A DNA stretch of 64,000 bases from Alphaproteobacteria bacterium (GTDB lineage: Bacteria; Pseudomonadota; Alphaproteobacteria; GCA-2731375): the NCBI GenBank assembly GCA_965232515.1, contig CBDDPY010000002.1, forward strand, positions 5,728,001-5,792,000, in the 5' to 3' direction. The stretch's first letter is position 1; every line of letters starts with the position of its first letter. The notes beneath the pieces were generated by a model. That model did no database searches. It was not told the origin of the DNA and saw only the letters and a program-made list of their open reading frames with translations. Below are positions 60,242 to 64,000 of the stretch, in pieces. The position numbers and the translations under genes were made by a program.

Positions 60242-61453
60242 GTGACGTCGACGCGAACCGGGGTTTCCGCGCGTGGGGGGCGCATCGACTTGGCCATGCC
60301 CTGGCGCCTGCCGCCGGATTGGCGCACCGGCCTTCACGACCTGCGCTATCTGATTCAGCCCGGCCGGGCGTCGCCGCTGCTGGCGACGCGCAAGGCGGAG
60401 GCGATCCTGCCGCGGCTGCGCTTGGTTGCCGACCTCTCCGCCGCCGTTACCTTGGCGCTGATCATCGTCGATTTCATGGTCTTCCCGTTGTCGACGGCCG
60501 CCGCATTGGCCGTTGGCCGGGTTGTCGCGGGACTGCTCTTTCTCGCCGTCGCCATCGGCAGCCGCCGGGGGCGCACGTTGCGCGCGGCCCGCCGGGCGCT
60601 GGCGGCGCTGATCATGATCGCCACGGTGTTTTTCCTGGTCGCCAAATACCAGTTGGCGGGCGTGCCCGATACCGACCTCGAACGCGCGCTTGCCTCGACC
60701 TACACGCTCTTTCCCTTCGTCATCGCGGCCGGCATCGCGATCTTTCCGCTGACCGTCGTGGAAGCGCTCGTCCTCCTGCTGCCGGTGATCGCGGCCAAGA
60801 CCTTTGTCGTCGTCTATCGCCAGCAGGGCGTGGATTGGGTCGCCGAAGCCGGTCAGCTCTGGCTGATGTTCCTGATCTGCGCCATCGCCGTCGCGGCCTG
60901 CGCCAACCAGCTGCATTTCATGCGCTCGCTGTTGAAGAACACCTCGCGCGACGCGCTGACCGGCGGCTTTACGCGCGCCGTCGGCGAGGAGCTGCTGCGC
61001 ATGTATTTTCGGCAGTCGCGCCGTACCGGCAGTCCGCTCGCCGTGATCCTGCTCGACCTCGACGATTTCAAGCAGGTGAATGACCGCTTCGGCCACGACG
61101 CCGGCGACGCGGTGCTGCGCGACTATGGCGCCCTGCTGAAATCTGCGTTGCGCGACAGTGATCTGATCGTGCGCTGGGGCGGCGACGAGCTTTTGCTGGT
61201 GCTGCCGAACGTCACGCCCGAAGGCGCCTGCCACGTCGTTCAGCGCCTGTGGCGCGAGGGCAGCGTGCTGCGCGCCGACGGCCGCGCACAGACCGCCAGC
61301 ATCGGTGTCGCCGAGCGCGTCGCCGACGGCGCCGACCGCTGGCGCGCACTCGTCCGTCTCGCCGACGAACGCGCGTATGACGCCAAACGCGACGGCAAAA
61401 ACCGCTTCGTTTGCTGCGACGGCCAGATCCATTCCCGCCCGCTGGCCGCCTGA
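60242..61453 (+). CDS. Membrane-bound GGDEF domain protein (GGDEL variant)
   Basis: Multiple TM helices; DALTG, DLDDFKQVNDRFGHDAGD, RDSD I-site, RWGGDEL, AD..AY.AK..GKN; start uncertain. Confidence 0.88.
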   Translation: MTSTRTGVSARGGRIDLAMPWRLPPDWRTGLHDLRYLIQPGRASPLLATRKAEAILPRLRLVADLSAAVTLALIIVDFMVFPLSTAAALAVGRVVAGLLFLAVAIGSRRGRTLRAARRALAALIMIATVFFLVAKYQLAGVPDTDLERALASTYTLFPFVIAAGIAIFPLTVVEALVLLLPVIAAKTFVVVYRQQGVDWVAEAGQLWLMFLICAIAVAACANQLHFMRSLLKNTSRDALTGGFTRAVGEELLRMYFRQSRRTGSPLAVILLDLDDFKQVNDRFGHDAGDAVLRDYGALLKSALRDSDLIVRWGGDELLLVLPNVTPEGACHVVQRLWREGSVLRADGRAQTASIGVAERVADGADRWRALVRLADERAYDAKRDGKNRFVCCDGQIHSRPLAA

Positions 61454-61684
61454 TTCCAGTCCAAGCCAGAACATGGCCGGTCGCCCGAGCAAGCGGCTGT
61501 CGATGTGCCTTGGCTGGCTCTGCTGCCGGCCGGCACATCCGCACCGGAAGGTGGGTTGGTGCAAATCCGCAAAGTTCTGCCTCGGGCCTTGACGTCACCC
61601 CTTGCACGCCTGTCACCTGCGCTCGGATGATGTTGACGTCGGCTTCAACGACTGATGTCGAGGCAAAAGGGGAGGAACGCGCAT

Positions 61685-62542
61685 ATGCGAGCGGTGAGTG
61701 ACCAAACCATAATGATCACCGGTGCGACGGACGGCATCGGCTTGCTGACAGCGCATGCATTGGCCGGAAAGAACGCCACGCTTCTGGTGCACGGCCGCCA
61801 TCCGACGCGGCTCGCGGATGCCGTCGCGTCGATCCAGGCATCCTCGGGCAACGCGGACGTTCACGGGTTCCTCGCCGACTTTGCGGATCTCGCGTCGGTT
61901 CGGCAGATGGCCGGGGAAATCGAAAAAAGCCATCCCAGCATCGATGTCCTGATCAACAATGCCGGCATTGGTTCGGGCGGTATGGAGAACCGGGAGCGCG
62001 CGTTAAGCCGCCAGGGCCACGAATTGCGCTTTGCCGTGAACTTCCTGGCGCCGTTTCTGTTGACGCATCTGCTTTTGCCTTGCCTGGCGCGCGCCGGTAC
62101 GGCCCGGATCGTCAATGTCGCCTCCGCCGGCCAGCATCCAATCGACTTTTCCGACGTCATGCTCGAGCAAGACTTCTCGGGCCGACGCGCCTACGGTCAG
62201 AGCAAGCTCTCCTTGATCATGTTCACCCTCGCGTTGGCGGAGAAGCTCGCGGGCCAGGCCATCACCGTCAACTGCCACCATCCCGGCTCGCTTCTGGACA
62301 CCAAGATGGTGCGAGAGACCTTCGGCGAGCCCTGGGGAAAGCCGGAGACCGGCGCCGAAGCGCAAGTCTATCTCGCCACCACGCCGGAACTGGCCAACAC
62401 GACCGGACGCTACTTCGACGTCATGGCCGAGGCGACGGCAAATCCCCAAGCCTATGACGCCGAGGCCCGCCGGCAACTCTGGGCGCTTGCCGAACGGCTG
62501 ACATCCCCCGCTGACCCCGGCCATCCCGAGGACGCATCGTGA
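61685..62542 (+). CDS. Short-chain dehydrogenase (retinol dehydrogenase-like)
   Basis: TGATDGIG, INNAG, VNVAS, YGQSK, HPG. Confidence 0.9.
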   Translation: MRAVSDQTIMITGATDGIGLLTAHALAGKNATLLVHGRHPTRLADAVASIQASSGNADVHGFLADFADLASVRQMAGEIEKSHPSIDVLINNAGIGSGGMENRERALSRQGHELRFAVNFLAPFLLTHLLLPCLARAGTARIVNVASAGQHPIDFSDVMLEQDFSGRRAYGQSKLSLIMFTLALAEKLAGQAITVNCHHPGSLLDTKMVRETFGEPWGKPETGAEAQVYLATTPELANTTGRYFDVMAEATANPQAYDAEARRQLWALAERLTSPADPGHPEDAS

Positions 62543-62597
62543 GCGCTTGGGTGAACGAAAAAACTCTTGGCGACGGTTGAACATGAAGGCCGCACAT

Positions 62598-62735
62598 CGC
62601 CGCCGTACGAATCGGTTGTAGCAGGTCGTGTAGAGCCGTATCGCTCCGGCAAGTCCACCATGGCGCCCCCAACCTCAAAACCCAGAAGATCCCGTTCAGA
62701 GCGCGCCTGTCATCGACGCGTGGGATACTTCGGAG
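62598..62735 (-). pseudogene. Frameshifted IS5-family transposase N-terminal remnant
   Basis: Fragments in three frames: PRVDDRRALNGIFWVLRLGAPW / DLPERYG / TTCYNRFVR; boundaries approximate. Confidence 0.8.
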
Positions 62736-62885
62736 CTTGAATCGCTCCAACACGAGCTCGTTCGATGTCTGCCTAATCGCCGGAACCAGACCTTGCGCTT
62801 CACAGACCTATCGTCTCTTACGAGCCCAAACCAACAGTTCAGCCAAGGCCAACCCATTTCCGTATTGGCGGGTACATACACTGAG

Positions 62886-63443
62886 TTAACGCTGTTCGAG
62901 TATGTGGAGTAGCCGCCGCAGGATGATCGATAGATTGGCAATATCTTCCTCGCCGAGCTCATCAATCAAGGAGTCCTCATGGCGGAGAAGTGACTCAACG
63001 GTGGAATCGACAAGGTCTTTTCCTTCAGGCGTCAGTTCTATCCAAACTGCCCTCTGATCTCGCGCTGCCGCAGGCGCCATACCTTTCACGTTGTCGGCTG
63101 AAGCAGAGCGCGTGCTTCGTACCAGACCAGCGGCTTCAGCACGCGCCACACGTTGGGTGATCGCACTTTTGCTTACCCGACAACGGGTGGCCAGTTCATG
63201 CACCCTGAGACGGTACGGATCTCCGGATCGCCGGAGATTTGCCAAAAGATCGCGAAGCGCGGGCTCAATGCCCAATTCATTCATCGTGCGGCGTCGGTCT
63301 TCGGAAAGAAGCTTAGCAATCCGCCAAATACGGGTGATCACACCTATCGACCTCAGGGGCAGATCCGGTCGTATACGAGCCCACTCCGTCTGAATTTGGT
63401 CGATACCGTCAGGCGCATCTTGCCCGGTCATTTTTTTCTGCAT
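62886..63443 (-). CDS. MarR-family regulator
   Basis: W..IRPDL, DLLANLRRSG.PY.L, ELA....SKSAITQRV.R.E..GLV.R, D.R.VWIELTPEG; lower GC. Confidence 0.85.
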   Translation of the reverse strand: MQKKMTGQDAPDGIDQIQTEWARIRPDLPLRSIGVITRIWRIAKLLSEDRRRTMNELGIEPALRDLLANLRRSGDPYRLRVHELATRCRVSKSAITQRVARAEAAGLVRSTRSASADNVKGMAPAAARDQRAVWIELTPEGKDLVDSTVESLLRHEDSLIDELGEEDIANLSIILRRLLHILEQR

Positions 63444-63475
63444 TTTGTCGCTTTGATCCGCTCTTGACGAAAGAT

Positions 63476-63489
63476 GTTTAGGCCTTAAC
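63476..63489. promoter_or_regulatory. Near-palindrome, possible MarR operator
   Basis: GTTTAGGCCTTAAC between the divergent MarR and SDR genes, just downstream of TTGACG. Confidence 0.45.
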
Positions 63490-63524
63490 TATGTGCCCAT
63501 CAGCTCACTATGTCGGGAACAATC

Positions 63525-64000
63525 ATGCCACGTACAGTCGTAGTTACGGGCGGCGGAACCGGTATCGGTCGCGCCTGCGCCAAGCATTTTGCCGCTCAGG
63601 ACGACAAAGTCTTCATCACCGGCAGGCGTGCCACGCTACTGGATGAGGTCGCGGCGGCGATCGGGGCGAGATCGGTGGCGTTCGACGCCTCTGACCCGCA
63701 AGATGTGGCAAGCGCCCTCGGCAAACTGCCGGATCGCATCGATGTGTTGGTCAACAATGCAGGCGGCAATACCGATCTCGTCGATTCCGGTTCTCAGAAT
63801 ACTGTCGAGGAAACGCAAACAGCCGCTCGGCTGGCCCAGTTGGCGTCGCGGTGGTCCGCGAATTTCTATGCAAACGTGTTGACGGCTGTGCTGGTCACCA
63901 CTGCGCTCGAGGCTCGCTTTGCTGACGACGCCCGTATCATTACAATCGGGTCGATTGCCGGTCGCACGGGCGGGGGTGGTTCCTACGGCGCGGCCAAGGC
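63525..64000 (+). CDS. Short-chain dehydrogenase/reductase (3' truncated by the window)
   Basis: Read directly from the sequence: MPRTVVVTGGGTGIG, LVNNAGG, IGSIA, SYGAAK. Confidence 0.88.
   Translation, partial: MPRTVVVTGGGTGIGRACAKHFAAQDDKVFITGRRATLLDEVAAAIGARSVAFDASDPQDVASALGKLPDRIDVLVNNAGGNTDLVDSGSQNTVEETQTAARLAQLASRWSANFYANVLTAVLVTTALEARFADDARIITIGSIAGRTGGGGSYGAAK

Overview
High-GC alphaproteobacterial chromosomal window (inferred from gene content, a GAAC-N7-GAAC LexA box and GTCAT..ATCCA palindromic repeats). Left to right: purine/urate catabolism (puuD partial, uraH, xdhBA); SOS mutagenesis cassette imuA-imuB-dnaE2; two exported hypothetical proteins; ECF sigma/anti-sigma pair divergent from a poly-Asp subtilase, with twin mirror-image promoters; PHP/EndoQ-UvrD fusion; GlcG-like protein; zwf-edd-pgi; a GntR-linked monooxygenase/racemase-fold/SDR/TRAP operon; a hydantoinase-DUF917-AroM-peptide ABC catabolic locus whose regulator is an AroM domain with both Cys replaced by Ser fused to a LuxR HTH; ptxD-ptxE with no ptxABC; a WYL regulator/VOC pair; a DUF1127 peptide plus cytochrome P450 divergent from a BTAD-TPR regulator; a PEP-CTERM protein, SDRs, a GGDEF protein, an IS5-family remnant and MarR. 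No rRNA, tRNA or CRISPR array was seen. All family calls come from motifs recognised by eye; no database searches were run.
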